Below are positions 25,270 through 34,408 of a stretch of 51,078 bases of DNA, piece after piece. The stretch is from a virus. Its lineage: Duplodnaviria; Caudoviricetes. Within the stretch, counting starts at the first letter, position 1, and each line of letters begins with the position of its first letter. The stretch spans positions 1 to 51,078 of IMG/VR virus record IMGVR_UViG_3300032295_001188, one strand, 5' to 3'. The position numbers and the translations under genes were made by a program. The notes below the pieces were generated by a model. It made no database searches and was not told the DNA's origin. It saw nothing but the letters and a program-made list of their open reading frames with translations.

Positions 25270-26061
25270 TTACTCTTCCTTCTTGAGCTTGCGCTGCAAG
25301 GATGCGACAGTTTTCTTTAGTTCACCGTTCTCACGCTGGAAGGTGTCGCGTGAAATCTTCAGAGACTGGTTCTCGATCTCCAGAATCCTGATCTGCTCAC
25401 GCAATTCTTCAATAGTCTCTGTCGCCGCTAACTTTTCTTCAGGCGTGGCGTCCATCGCTTCCACCGCAAGCCGGTCAGACAGGCGCTGGTTCTCTGCCAC
25501 CAGTTCTGCTACGGCCTCGTCCTTTTCGGCGGTGTCAGTGGGCTCAAGCGGTGCCTCGACCACGTTCGACAGTTTTGTCGACTTGGCTTTCTTCGGAGCG
25601 TTAAAATTAACGCTGCTGACCTTCGCCCCGCCGTCCATCTCCTGCTTCACGGCCAGGACAAGCTGGGGTGAGACGCCGCAAATGCGGGCCATCTCGTTGA
25701 CGCTGTACTCTCCCCACTCAAAGTCGTCCAGCAGGGTCTGAACGCACTTGCGTTTATCTGCGTTGCTCCGACGCAGGCCGTGATCCCTGTTGGCTCCCAG
25801 GCTGTAGAGGATGGCATCGCGCAGGGTGCCGGTACGAACGTCAGCTTGGATGGAGGTCTTGCCCAGGCGCTTGATCGCATGGAGACGATGGAATCCATCG
25901 GCTAGGTAGTAGTCCACACCATCGTGATAGACCACCGCAGGCGGGAAGGTGTCGCCCGCTGCCATCGCCTCGGCGTAGTCGGTGACGGTCTCCTCGCTGA
26001 TCGCGGCCCTGCTCTGGGTGCCCTTGTCGATGATGATGTTGTTTACGTTGATGGCTTTCAC
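25270..26061 (-). CDS. ParB/Srx N-terminal-domain protein with coiled-coil tail
   Basis: FPPAVVY...YYLADGFHRLHA; ANRDHGLRRSNADKR; HTH-like segment. Confidence 0.8.
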   Translation of the reverse strand: MKAINVNNIIIDKGTQSRAAISEETVTDYAEAMAAGDTFPPAVVYHDGVDYYLADGFHRLHAIKRLGKTSIQADVRTGTLRDAILYSLGANRDHGLRRSNADKRKCVQTLLDDFEWGEYSVNEMARICGVSPQLVLAVKQEMDGGAKVSSVNFNAPKKAKSTKLSNVVEAPLEPTDTAEKDEAVAELVAENQRLSDRLAVEAMDATPEEKLAATETIEELREQIRILEIENQSLKISRDTFQRENGELKKTVASLQRKLKKEE

Positions 26062-26219
26062 TGGTCTTCCTTGATAATTTTTGCGTCCTCAAAGTCCGAG
26101 GGGCGCTTCATTGCCGCCTCGACTAGACGGCGGAACACTTCACTTGGTACTGCTACCTGGGGCACCACCGTGCTGTGTTGGTACAGCGCGGCGATGAGCT
26201 GCTTCATGCGCTCGTTCAT
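26058..26219 (-). CDS. 53-aa protein (not in track)
   Basis: AGGAG RBS; MNERMKQLIAALYQH...KEDQ*; GTGA overlap with the ParB gene. Confidence 0.6.
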   Translation of the reverse strand: MNERMKQLIAALYQHSTVVPQVAVPSEVFRRLVEAAMKRPSDFEDAKIIKEDQ

Positions 26220-26262
26220 TCTTATCTCCTGTCTCCTGAATGCAACTGGTACAACTACCTAC

Positions 26263-26309
26263 TTGTCATCAGGTAGCATCAGTGTATCATTGCGGCTCTG
26301 GAGGTGCAA
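26263..26309. promoter_or_regulatory. overlapping divergent promoters
   Basis: leftward TTGCAC(26309-26304)-17-TACACT(26286-26281) with TGn; rightward TTGTCA(26263)-16-TATCAT(26285). Confidence 0.55.
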
Positions 26310-26443
26310 GATGAACTTGATTGATGAGAACAGGATGCTGAGAGAGCGCATCGCCGTGCTGCAGGAGCACATCCATCGTGGCATCGACTGCGGGTTCTTT
26401 TGCGCTCTACCGGAGTGTGCCAAATTTCTATCAGGAGAACAAC

Positions 26444-26602
26444 ATGAGCAAGATGCAACTGGTCAAGCACGCCCTCAAGCTGTGGAACGTGCGTCATGTG
26501 GACAAACAAACGAATCGGGCCAACGCACGGAAATGGATCGCTTCCGTGGAACGGCTTGGTGATCGCTGGCTTCTCGCCAAGAAAGTTGAGAGGATGCAAT
26601 GA
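26444..26602 (+). CDS. small basic protein
   Basis: AGGAG RBS; MSKMQLVKHALKLW. Confidence 0.6.
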   Translation: MSKMQLVKHALKLWNVRHVDKQTNRANARKWIASVERLGDRWLLAKKVERMQ

Positions 26603-26847
26603 AGACAGACACACGCGACGATGGCACGGATGTTTATCGCCGCTGGTGCTGCGACGGGCAGTGCCAACAGGGCAGGATTTGCCCCAAGAACATGCCCGCT
26701 GAAGCCTCGACCGAGGTGGGGCAGGAAGACCCGGACTTCTACTCTAAGGAGTTAATGTTGGAAGAGTTGGGGAAATTTTTCATTAGCCTTTGCGTGGCAA
26801 CCGCCGTTGTCTCGACCATTGCAGTTCTCGTGTGGTACTACGTTTGA
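26599..26847 (+). CDS. small protein with Cys cluster and C-terminal TM helix
   Basis: CCDGQCQQGRICP; ATGA overlap. Confidence 0.65.
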   Translation: MKTDTRDDGTDVYRRWCCDGQCQQGRICPKNMPAEASTEVGQEDPDFYSKELMLEELGKFFISLCVATAVVSTIAVLVWYYV

Positions 26848-27047
26848 AAACCCCATGGTTTGAAGGAGAACACCCCGTGAGGATTGGTGTCTACGAACGT
26901 GACCACTACGGAAACCTTGAGTATTCCTATTGGAATGGTGCCGGGTGGAATTTCGCAGCAAAGACCATCGGCGGTGCGTCTCTCAATCAAGTTTCTTCTA
27001 GGTTCCAAGATCTGCCCTGGAGAGGTCTGTTGAAGGAGGATGTATGA
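26844..27047 (+). CDS. hypothetical protein
   Basis: TTG start overlapping the stop; TPWF...PVRIGVYER...YSYWNG...WRGL. Confidence 0.6.
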   Translation: MKTPWFEGEHPVRIGVYERDHYGNLEYSYWNGAGWNFAAKTIGGASLNQVSSRFQDLPWRGLLKEDV

Positions 27048-27268
27048 CAGAGAAAGAACAATGGGATGCAGCGCAGGAAGTGAAGGCTACGGGCGGCCCT
27101 GCGTTTCCTATCCGGGCTACAGAGAACATTGTTTACACAGGCATGACCCTGCGCGATTACTTCGCGGCCAAGGCGATGCAAGCGCTTATGCGTGAAAACT
27201 ACTTCGAAAGTACAGCGAGAAGCGCGTATCACATGGCCGACATCATGCTTGAGGAGAGACTGAAATGA
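27044..27268 (+). CDS. hypothetical phage protein
   Basis: TGGPAFP...GMTLRDYFAAKAMQA...AYHMADIML motif common in proteobacterial phages. Confidence 0.75.
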   Translation: MTEKEQWDAAQEVKATGGPAFPIRATENIVYTGMTLRDYFAAKAMQALMRENYFESTARSAYHMADIMLEERLK

Positions 27269-27486
27269 AACTATCCATTTGGCCTACTCGTATAGAAGTC
27301 TATGACGAAGATATGCAGCAACTCACTGCAATCGTTCAGATGAATGACGACGTCACAGTCAAAGTTGAGATCTTGCAGGTAGTGGGCTGGAACGACTGGC
27401 TCAACATCACTGACGCTGTGCGTAAAGCCATGCACATGATGCACCTGGGGGATGAGAAGGAAGGGAGTCAGCCCTATGGCTACTGA
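27265..27486 (+). CDS. hypothetical protein
   Basis: ATGA coupling, GGAG RBS. Confidence 0.6.
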   Translation: MKLSIWPTRIEVYDEDMQQLTAIVQMNDDVTVKVEILQVVGWNDWLNITDAVRKAMHMMHLGDEKEGSQPYGY

Positions 27487-27661
27487 CCTGAGAGCCGCCG
27501 CCCAGCAGGCGCTGGAGGCGTTGGAAACAAAAGGCGAACACCACCCGCGTGTTTACCGGGCCATCGAAGCCCTCCGCGCCGCGCTGGCAGAGGAAGCACT
27601 GCAACGCCTGACTGATGCGAATCAGGAGATTGAGGCCGCGCTGAAGGCGCGCAACGCATGA
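27476..27661 (+). CDS. hypothetical helical protein
   Basis: LRAAAQQALEALE...AIEALRAAL. Confidence 0.6.
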   Translation: MATDLRAAAQQALEALETKGEHHPRVYRAIEALRAALAEEALQRLTDANQEIEAALKARNA

Positions 27662-27912
27662 GCAGAGAAGTTTGCGGCATCTGCTGGGTGCCCTACGGAG
27701 ACGATGGCAAGTGCGGCTGTCCACCCTGCGCCACGCAGGACTGCATGCCTAGTAAGTGCAGCCTAGCGGCACAGAACACGGAGCAAGACCGTGTGCTGGT
27801 GGAGATGGAACACGCTCTCAACGAAGCCGACGCCATCATGGAAGAGGTGGACGAAGAGACCGCCGACGCTTGGCGTAAACGCTGGGGTTACTTGTGGGGG
27901 AGGAAGGTATGA
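27658..27912 (+). CDS. hypothetical Cys-rich protein
   Basis: ATGA coupling at both ends. Confidence 0.55.
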   Translation: MSREVCGICWVPYGDDGKCGCPPCATQDCMPSKCSLAAQNTEQDRVLVEMEHALNEADAIMEEVDEETADAWRKRWGYLWGRKV

Positions 27913-28142
27913 GTGAAGAAGACGAAGGGCTCTTCGATGACGTACCTCTGGCAAACAGAGAACGTGACCGGGCGTTTGAAGCGTTTATCAAGCGCAAAGA
28001 TGTCCGATCAATGTTCAGCGACGGCTTCCCTTTCCCACTGAATCGTGGGTACTACGACTTCTGGTGCATTGTCTGGGCCAAGGCGTGGGACAAGGGGTTC
28101 AAGATTGGATGGGAAGAAAGGGGTAAAAATGACAAAGGATGA
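27909..28142 (+). CDS. hypothetical protein
   Basis: ATGA coupling; start MSEEDEG. Confidence 0.55.
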   Translation: MSEEDEGLFDDVPLANRERDRAFEAFIKRKDVRSMFSDGFPFPLNRGYYDFWCIVWAKAWDKGFKIGWEERGKNDKG

Positions 28143-28458
28143 TGTGATCCGCATAGCGCGGGAGGCCGACTTATGGATGACCAGCGATGAGCGCGTTGCA
28201 GCCGTTGAACGCTTCGCCGCCCTTGTCGGCGCTGCCGAGCGCAACCGAGCATTAGGAATTGCCAAGGGCATGCAGGAGGAACTTCAGGCCAAGTTTGAGC
28301 AGACCTACATGGAAGGCGTAATTGCAGGTGCCGCTGCCGAACGCGAGGCGTGTGCGAAGGCGTGCGAGGAACTTGCAGCAGAGCGACCAACCACTGGAGC
28401 GGGGAGGCTGATTGCACAGGAGTGCGCCGCCGCTATCCGCGCAAGGAGCAACCCATGA
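28129..28458 (+). CDS. hypothetical phage protein
   Basis: MTKDDVIRIAREA...AEREACAKAC...CAAAIRAR motif. Confidence 0.7.
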   Translation: MTKDDVIRIAREADLWMTSDERVAAVERFAALVGAAERNRALGIAKGMQEELQAKFEQTYMEGVIAGAAAEREACAKACEELAAERPTTGAGRLIAQECAAAIRARSNP

Positions 28459-28643
28459 AGTACAAACCCCAAGACTTCGCCCGCTGCGAGAGCAATCCAT
28501 TGCTGGATCAGTGCAAGCAGTGCGCAAGGAACGTGCACATGAATCCTGTGCATCCCGACAGCGCATGGCAATCGTGGATCGGCCCGTGGGTCGGGCATGG
28601 TCCGTGTCCTAACGGGGACTTTGTGGAACAGGAGGTGGAATGA
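28455..28643 (+). CDS. small Cys-containing protein
   Basis: AAGGAG RBS; DFARC...CKQCAR...CP. Confidence 0.55.
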   Translation: MKYKPQDFARCESNPLLDQCKQCARNVHMNPVHPDSAWQSWIGPWVGHGPCPNGDFVEQEVE

Positions 28644-28849
28644 AATGTCCAGAGTGCGGAGCGTGGATTACTGTTCTGGAAACACGTCAAAGGGAGAAGA
28701 CGAATACAACGCGCCGGAGGTACGAATGTGCGAACCTGCACAGGTTTACAACAGAAGAAGCCCCGATTGGCCGTTCATGTACAGCTACGAAGGCGGCAGA
28801 TGTTTTGTCAACGCTGCCCCGCGTAAGTCCGCGTATGCCCAGGCTATAG
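28640..28849 (+). CDS. Zn-ribbon protein (NrdR N-terminal/Ogr-like)
   Basis: MKCPECG...VLETR...RRRYECANLHRFTTEE. Confidence 0.7.
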   Translation: MKCPECGAWITVLETRQREKTNTTRRRYECANLHRFTTEEAPIGRSCTATKAADVLSTLPRVSPRMPRL

Positions 28850-28868
28850 AAACAGGACCAGCTTTGCT

Positions 28869-29087
28869 ATGAGCGCAAATGAAATTCAGATTGCTGGCGA
28901 CCACTACAAGCGCCACAAGTTTGAGACCTGGGATGTCATCATTGACTGGGAGCTAGGCTATCTGGACGGTAATGCCGTCAAGTATCTGTCTCGCTGGAGG
29001 GACAAGGGTGGAGTGCAAGACCTGAAGAAGGCAGCACACTACATCCAGAAACTCATCGAAGTGGAAGAAACAAAACAAGGAGAGTAA
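28869..29087 (+). CDS. DUF3310 / T7 gp1.7-like protein
   Basis: QIAGDHY...GNAVKYLSRWRDKGGVQDLKKAAHY. Confidence 0.8.
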   Translation: MSANEIQIAGDHYKRHKFETWDVIIDWELGYLDGNAVKYLSRWRDKGGVQDLKKAAHYIQKLIEVEETKQGE

Positions 29088-29088
29088 T

Positions 29089-29541
29089 ATGGCAAGAAAA
29101 CCAATTCCAGACCCTGCTTTGGGTTACAGACTTTGCACACATTGCGAGAAGATAATACCTTTAACCGATCTGGTTTCCAGAGTTACCAAACATGGCACTC
29201 GATATGCAAGGCGATGTAAACCATGCAATCGCGCAGTAAGTCGTGCTGCATATTGGGAAGATCCTGAATTTATGAGGAATAGAGTTGCTGTTTGGAGAAT
29301 AAATAATCTAGAGAAAAGGCGAACTTATCAACAAGAATACACAACAAGAACAAGAGAACATATAAACGCCTACGCGAGACAAAATATTGCAACTTTAACG
29401 GATTCATATGTCCGTGCAAAATTAGTAACCGTGTATAACGGAAAGCGCATTTTTTCGGCCTCAGACATACCAGATGAGCTTGTTGAATTGAAGCGAATAC
29501 AGATACAAATCAAACGTCAACTGAAGGAGAGCGTATTATGA
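29089..29541 (+). CDS. Zn-finger protein without a recognisable nuclease domain
   Basis: CTHC...CKPC; AT-richer segment; ends IPDELVELKR. Confidence 0.65.
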   Translation: MARKPIPDPALGYRLCTHCEKIIPLTDLVSRVTKHGTRYARRCKPCNRAVSRAAYWEDPEFMRNRVAVWRINNLEKRRTYQQEYTTRTREHINAYARQNIATLTDSYVRAKLVTVYNGKRIFSASDIPDELVELKRIQIQIKRQLKESVL

Positions 29542-29738
29542 AAAACATCACTGATCTGACTGCAAGTTTGGCTGCACTTTATAAAGATCTCAAGGATGGG
29601 ACTATTGATGTCAAGGTTGCTGGAGAAATGAACAACACAGCAGGCAAGATCATCAATGCCCAAAAAGTACAGCTTGAATATGCGGCGCTACGAAATGTGA
29701 TGCCGCGTATTCCATTCCTTGATGAAGAACAGAAATAA
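29538..29738 (+). CDS. small helical protein
   Basis: AAGGAG RBS; NNTAGKIINAQKVQLEY. Confidence 0.65.
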   Translation: MKNITDLTASLAALYKDLKDGTIDVKVAGEMNNTAGKIINAQKVQLEYAALRNVMPRIPFLDEEQK

Positions 29739-29765
29739 AAAAAGAGCCCCGGACATCCAGGGCTC
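29737..29765 (-). terminator. terminator between convergent genes
   Basis: GAGCCC-N10-GGGCTC followed by a T-run on the minus strand. Confidence 0.55.
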
Positions 29766-29819
29766 AACGAGTTTCGACTCGATCAGGAGAACCAATCGCT
29801 AGACTGGCCGAGATCTACT

Positions 29820-30104
29820 CTACACGCAACGCTTCAGGATGTCCAACGCTTCGTGCTCAGAGTTGACGATGTGCAAATTTTGCCCAGGCCACTCTGCATG
29901 GAACTTAGCTTCTGCTGGCGTGAGCGCTCGGGCCGATGGTGATTTGTCCCCGTCCTTCACTTCAAGCAGTAGGGTATACCCTCGGTAGTACACCAGTAGA
30001 TCAAAGGCTCCAGCATCATTGATCTGCTTGACGTAAGCGCCGCACGCCTTCAGCGCGTCAATCACCCGCCTCTCATTGACGTCCCGTCTCGCGGCCATCC
30101 TCAT
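29820..30104 (-). CDS. PD-(D/E)xK / VRR-NUC-like small nuclease (resolvase-like)
   Basis: RRDVNE...GAFDLLV...LLEVKDG...LTPAE. Confidence 0.75.
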   Translation of the reverse strand: MRMAARRDVNERRVIDALKACGAYVKQINDAGAFDLLVYYRGYTLLLEVKDGDKSPSARALTPAEAKFHAEWPGQNLHIVNSEHEALDILKRCV

Positions 30105-30168
30105 GGTTTACCCTTAGTTGACATACCTGCTACATTCATGTCCAATACACCACACAGGAGAACACATC

Positions 30169-30363
30169 ATGCACATCAAAACAGATGAAGTTGAAGCATA
30201 CATCGAGCGACAGGCTCGGAAGTACAGCAAGAATTTTGACACTCTCCCATCGGGGGAGCAGTGGGCCGTGAAATTTGGCGTTGCCCAGGTGTTGGTTTGG
30301 GATTTGATCATGGATCTGGAACTGGATAAACGGATCACCACCATCAAGAGGATGAAGAAATGA
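30169..30363 (+). CDS. hypothetical protein
   Basis: AGGAG RBS before ATG 30169; TTGACA at 30118 upstream. Confidence 0.6.
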   Translation: MHIKTDEVEAYIERQARKYSKNFDTLPSGEQWAVKFGVAQVLVWDLIMDLELDKRITTIKRMKK

Positions 30364-31241
30364 AGATCACTAATATTCACGCGCTGCCTGAGTCTGTGGT
30401 CAACGCACTCCACAGGCCCACGTACAGCAAGGGCGACGCGCATATCTCATGCACAGAACTTCTGAACAGCCCGCGTATTGTTCAGTTGAAGCGCAAGCAC
30501 TGGGATGAGATCGAGCAAGACGCCAGCGAGATGGTGTGGCAACTGTTCGGCTCGGCCATCCACCATATCTTGGAACACGGCAAGGGCGAGAACCACATCA
30601 TCGAGGAGCGTCTGTTCGCAGAGTTCTCCGGCTGGGTTCTGTCTGGCGCTGTGGATCTGCAGACCGTCACGCCTGACGGGATTGAGATCAGCGACTACAA
30701 AACTACCAGCGCCTGGGCGGTGATGAATGAGAAGGCCGACTGGACGTACCAGTTGAACATCTACGCTCACCTGATTGAGAAGGTCAAGCAGATCCCCGTT
30801 ACTGGTCTGTCTATCGTGGCGATCATCCGCGACTGGTCTGCCCGTGAGGCACAGAAGGAAACTTATCCACAGGCTCCCATCGTCACCATCCCCATTAAAT
30901 TGTGGAGCCGGGAGGTGCGTGAGGCTTTCATCCAAGACCGCCTGACCGCGCACTCTTCTGCCATGTTTGAGGCAGACACCGAGGGCACTTTGCCCGAGTG
31001 TTCATCCGATGAGATGTGGGAGAAGCCCTCGTCTTGGGCCATCAAGAAAGAAGGCGGAGTCAGAGCCAAGGCTGTGTACTCCACCAAAGAGGAAGCGGAG
31101 TTGAACCTAACCAAAGGTTATTTCATCGAGTTCCGCCCTGGTGAAAGGACGCGCTGCAAGTCCTTCTGCCAAGTGTCTAAGTTCTGCAGTCAATTTCAAG
31201 CCTACCTGAAGGAGAACCAAAGTGTTGATCAACCTGAATGA
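30360..31241 (+). CDS. PD-(D/E)xK Cas4/RecB-like exonuclease
   Basis: GSAIHHILE, SGAVD...ISDYKTT...QLNIY; C-terminal RCKSFCQVSKFC. Confidence 0.8.
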   Translation: MKITNIHALPESVVNALHRPTYSKGDAHISCTELLNSPRIVQLKRKHWDEIEQDASEMVWQLFGSAIHHILEHGKGENHIIEERLFAEFSGWVLSGAVDLQTVTPDGIEISDYKTTSAWAVMNEKADWTYQLNIYAHLIEKVKQIPVTGLSIVAIIRDWSAREAQKETYPQAPIVTIPIKLWSREVREAFIQDRLTAHSSAMFEADTEGTLPECSSDEMWEKPSSWAIKKEGGVRAKAVYSTKEEAELNLTKGYFIEFRPGERTRCKSFCQVSKFCSQFQAYLKENQSVDQPE

Positions 31242-31446
31242 AGCCGAAGTGAAGTTCGTCATCCACGCAGTGCAAGAAACCGCCGCCAAAATTTTGGCGA
31301 AGCTCGAAGCCAAGCCGGTGACGACTATCACTGCCGCCCCTAATGCGGGAGATGTTCGTCTGACCAAGGAAGGCCGTCCCGCAAAGAAGCCTGGACGCAA
31401 GCCGGGTAAGCCAGTCGTAAAAATTGTTGAACAGCAAGCAGCATGA
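31222..31446 (+). CDS. small basic protein
   Basis: AAGGAG RBS; GRPAKKPGRKP. Confidence 0.55.
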   Translation: MLINLNEAEVKFVIHAVQETAAKILAKLEAKPVTTITAAPNAGDVRLTKEGRPAKKPGRKPGKPVVKIVEQQAA

Positions 31447-32135
31447 TTGCAAACCTCCTCAAGCTCAACGTACAGGATCACGTTGAGAAAAAGAACGGGC
31501 TCACGTACCTTAGCTGGGCGTGGGCCTGGGCAGAAGCCCTGAAGGCTGATCCGACTGCCACGTTCCATGTTGATACGTTCCAGCGTGCTGACGGGACAAC
31601 CATCCCGTACATGGACATCAACGGGACCGCGATGGTGTGGGTGCGTACCACTCTGTTCAGCAAGGAGATGACCTGCATGTTGCCGGTCATGGATCACCGG
31701 AACAAGCCCATCCAGAACCCGGATGCGTTTCAGGTAAACACGGCCATCATGCGGTGCCTTACCAAGTGTCTGGCTATGCACGGGCTGGGGCTGTACATCT
31801 ACGCCGGGGAAGATCTGCCGGAAGATGATGGCGTGGTTCCTGCGCCGAAGCCGAAGGCCGAGAAGCCAGCAGAGAAGCCCCCGGCCAAGATGGCAGGCGA
31901 AGCCGGACGGTTCCAGATCACCGTCACGACCAAGCCTGACGCTACGCCTACAGACTTCATTAATATTGTCGCTGAGATGGCTGTCGTTGCTCTGGAACAG
32001 GCCAAGTCTCAAGCCGATGTCATGGAGATCTTCAAGGTCAATCGCTCACTCTTTGACAAGGTAAAAGAGATCGACGCCGAGTGCCACAAGGATCTAATGG
32101 AAGCGTTCAAGACTAAGAAGGATGCACTGAAATGA
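31443..32135 (+). CDS. Sak/DUF1071 Rad52-like single-strand annealing protein
   Basis: VEKKNGLTYLSWAWAW, LPVMDHRNK, MRCLTKCLAMHGLGLYIYAGEDLP. Confidence 0.85.
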   Translation: MIANLLKLNVQDHVEKKNGLTYLSWAWAWAEALKADPTATFHVDTFQRADGTTIPYMDINGTAMVWVRTTLFSKEMTCMLPVMDHRNKPIQNPDAFQVNTAIMRCLTKCLAMHGLGLYIYAGEDLPEDDGVVPAPKPKAEKPAEKPPAKMAGEAGRFQITVTTKPDATPTDFINIVAEMAVVALEQAKSQADVMEIFKVNRSLFDKVKEIDAECHKDLMEAFKTKKDALK

Positions 32136-32410
32136 ACTACACCAACACCGGGGCACTGTTCCCCAACCAGTACAAGCGTGACAAGCAGCCCGACATGAAG
32201 GGCGACATCACCCTGGAACGATCTCTCTTGAAGCAACTCCTGTCAGAGACCGACGAGGACAACATCAAGATCAAGCTATCCGCCTGGAAGCGGGAGGGCC
32301 GTAGCGGGGAGTTCCTGTCCCTTGCTTACGATGCTTACCGCAAGCCAGATGAGGCTAAGCCAGCGCCGAAGCCTGAGCGTGATGGCATGGATGACGACAT
32401 CCCCTTCTGA
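32132..32410 (+). CDS. putative ssDNA-binding protein
   Basis: NTGALF...PDMKG...SAW...FLSL and acidic DDDIPF tail; follows the annealase. Confidence 0.7.
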   Translation: MNYTNTGALFPNQYKRDKQPDMKGDITLERSLLKQLLSETDEDNIKIKLSAWKREGRSGEFLSLAYDAYRKPDEAKPAPKPERDGMDDDIPF

Positions 32411-32452
32411 CAAAGTCTCAAACATAGTACACTCGCACAAAGGAGATTTTGT

Positions 32453-33055
32453 ATGAAGTGCTATGTTTGTGGGGACCAATCCATCAAAAGACATGGTAGG
32501 TCCAACATGTGCGAAAAACACCACCGACTTGTGGGCATGCAACGAGTTGCAAAGATGGACAAAAAATATGTTCCATCTTTGTATGAGTTGGAAAAACTTG
32601 TTCCAACGGACATGGTTTGCAGGGATTGCGGCATCACCATGCACTGGATTGATGACGATAACCGTCATGCAGGCGCGGTTCTTCAGCACTACAGAGATGG
32701 CGAGCTTGGTATTGTTTGTTCTTCTTGCAACACAAGGCATGGACAAATGGTCGGCGACTCATACAGAGATTTGCCAAAAGATCATAAGTTATGCACTGCA
32801 TGTAAAACAATAAAACCATTGTCTATGTTTGCTCTTAGACGAGACGGCAAACGACCATATCCAATGTCTAAGTGCAAGGCATGTAATCTAGCGGCACATA
32901 AAAAATGGCGTGAAGCAAACCCAGAAAAATATAAACAAGTCAATAAGCGTAACAACGACAAAAAACGCTTAGACCCAGAGAAAGCAAGAGAGTTGGACAA
33001 GAAGTATTACTGGGCAAAAAAACTAAGGAAACAAAATGGAAACATCACAGTTTGA
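32453..33055 (+). CDS. EndoVII/HNH-like Zn-finger endonuclease (possibly homing)
   Basis: CRDC...LQHYRDG...IVCSSCNTRHG plus CTAC...CKAC; AT-rich with its own AAGGAG RBS. Confidence 0.6.
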   Translation: MKCYVCGDQSIKRHGRSNMCEKHHRLVGMQRVAKMDKKYVPSLYELEKLVPTDMVCRDCGITMHWIDDDNRHAGAVLQHYRDGELGIVCSSCNTRHGQMVGDSYRDLPKDHKLCTACKTIKPLSMFALRRDGKRPYPMSKCKACNLAAHKKWREANPEKYKQVNKRNNDKKRLDPEKARELDKKYYWAKKLRKQNGNITV

Positions 33056-33446
33056 GGCAATAAAAATTGCCTTAAAACAGGACAAAGAAGGAATGGTGTT
33101 GACCTTACGAATACACCCGGACGAACTTTGCGAGTCGGTAATTCGTGACTTTGTGGGCGCTCGGTATCAGTGCGTCATGGTCCGCATCGGTGACGATGAG
33201 CGGCCTCTAAACCGCGACAACTTCTCAGAGATCGTCAAGCTGGCCGGGATGCTGCCTCGCAACCCAGACTTCCAACGGTGGCTTGTCGGTGAGGGTCACA
33301 TCTTCGATGCCGACGAGGACGAGGCTACGTCATGGATCAAGGCTCATTGCGAGATCGAATCTCGCCGGGAACTGGCTACTAACCAAGCGGCCTCTGCGAA
33401 GCTGCGTCAAATCAACATGGAGTTCCAAGCATGGAAAAAAGGCTAG
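33036..33446 (+). CDS. hypothetical phage protein
   Basis: AAGGA RBS; AGML..NPDFQRWL...CEIESRREL. Confidence 0.7.
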   Translation: METSQFEAIKIALKQDKEGMVLTLRIHPDELCESVIRDFVGARYQCVMVRIGDDERPLNRDNFSEIVKLAGMLPRNPDFQRWLVGEGHIFDADEDEATSWIKAHCEIESRRELATNQAASAKLRQINMEFQAWKKG

Positions 33447-33724
33447 TCCCTTACTCGGTACACCTCCGAGAGGACATCTATCTCAAGCTCAAAGATTTTG
33501 CCAAGGACCGCAAGGCTACCGCTCTCGTGCGGGACGCGATCACCATGATCGTAGAAGGTGACGATGCTTTCAACGGCGGCTACAACAAAGCAGTCCGAGA
33601 CATCATGGCCGTGATTGAACAAGACCAGTGGTGCAAAGCCATCGGTGTAGATCAAGTCACCATCGCAGAACATCTGAACAAAACTTTGGAGCAGATGATC
33701 CTTCCCCAGCAGGTTAACCCATGA
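33431..33724 (+). CDS. putative ribbon-helix-helix DNA-binding protein
   Basis: YSVHLREDIYLKLK...ATALVRDAI. Confidence 0.5.
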   Translation: MEKRLVPYSVHLREDIYLKLKDFAKDRKATALVRDAITMIVEGDDAFNGGYNKAVRDIMAVIEQDQWCKAIGVDQVTIAEHLNKTLEQMILPQQVNP

Positions 33725-34029
33725 GATTTGAGGACATCGAATCCCGCGTCATCGCCTGGGCGGCAGCCAGACAGATCATCCCCAACTCCAACGCCCTGAC
33801 TCAGGCCATCAAAACTACCGAGGAAGTAGCAGAACTTCTGAAGGCACTGAACAAACGCGACTATCAAGAAGTGATCGACGCCTACGGGGATGTACTTGTA
33901 ACTTTGGTTATAGGCGCAGAGCTGTACGGTGTGAATCTTGTAGCGTGCTTTGAAGCTGCCTTTGATCAAATCAAAGACCGCAAGGGACACCTTGGACCGG
34001 ACGGGATCTTCTACAAGGAGTCTTCGTGA
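33721..34029 (+). CDS. MazG-like NTP pyrophosphohydrolase
   Basis: KTTEEVAEL...IDAYGDVLV...IKDRKG. Confidence 0.8.
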   Translation: MRFEDIESRVIAWAAARQIIPNSNALTQAIKTTEEVAELLKALNKRDYQEVIDAYGDVLVTLVIGAELYGVNLVACFEAAFDQIKDRKGHLGPDGIFYKESS

Positions 34030-34229
34030 GTTACAACATCTACGACTTAGCCCGCGAGTCAGGCCTTACTCAAAGCCTATTGGTTGATGACTATCCAAGG
34101 CTCAAATATTTTGCCGCCGTGGTTGCCGCCTCCGAGCGCGAGGACATCTTGAAGATGAGTGCGGACAACTGGTACAAGACCCAGAAAGATTACGACGAAG
34201 CCATCAGAGCCAGAGGAGAAACGAAATGA
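34026..34229 (+). CDS. hypothetical protein
   Basis: GTGA coupling, AAGGAG RBS. Confidence 0.55.
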   Translation: MSYNIYDLARESGLTQSLLVDDYPRLKYFAAVVAASEREDILKMSADNWYKTQKDYDEAIRARGETK

Positions 34230-34408
34230 CACCCTTCCACGACTACTCCTACTACCTCCAAGTAGCTGAAAGAAACATCAAGCAACTGGAGCAGAAGTGC
34301 CTACATAACAAGCTGGAAGATGTAGACCAGCATGTGACTGACGTTATGAGAGCGCTGTCAGGTCTTCTCCAGTGGGTGGAAGATGTTCAGCAAGAACCAC
34401 AAAAGTAA
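34226..34408 (+). CDS. hypothetical protein
   Basis: ATGA coupling, GAGGAG RBS. Confidence 0.55.
   Translation: MTPFHDYSYYLQVAERNIKQLEQKCLHNKLEDVDQHVTDVMRALSGLLQWVEDVQQEPQK

Noticed and set aside
25924-26562. 212-aa plus-strand ORF
   Set aside because: The 5' part is antisense to the ParB-like and 53-aa genes. Only 26311 onward has an RBS (GGAGG), and it overlaps the better-supported 26444-26602 gene, so it is left uncalled
30360-31241. Cas4 as part of a CRISPR system
   Set aside because: Its context (Sak annealase, SSB) indicates a phage recombination exonuclease
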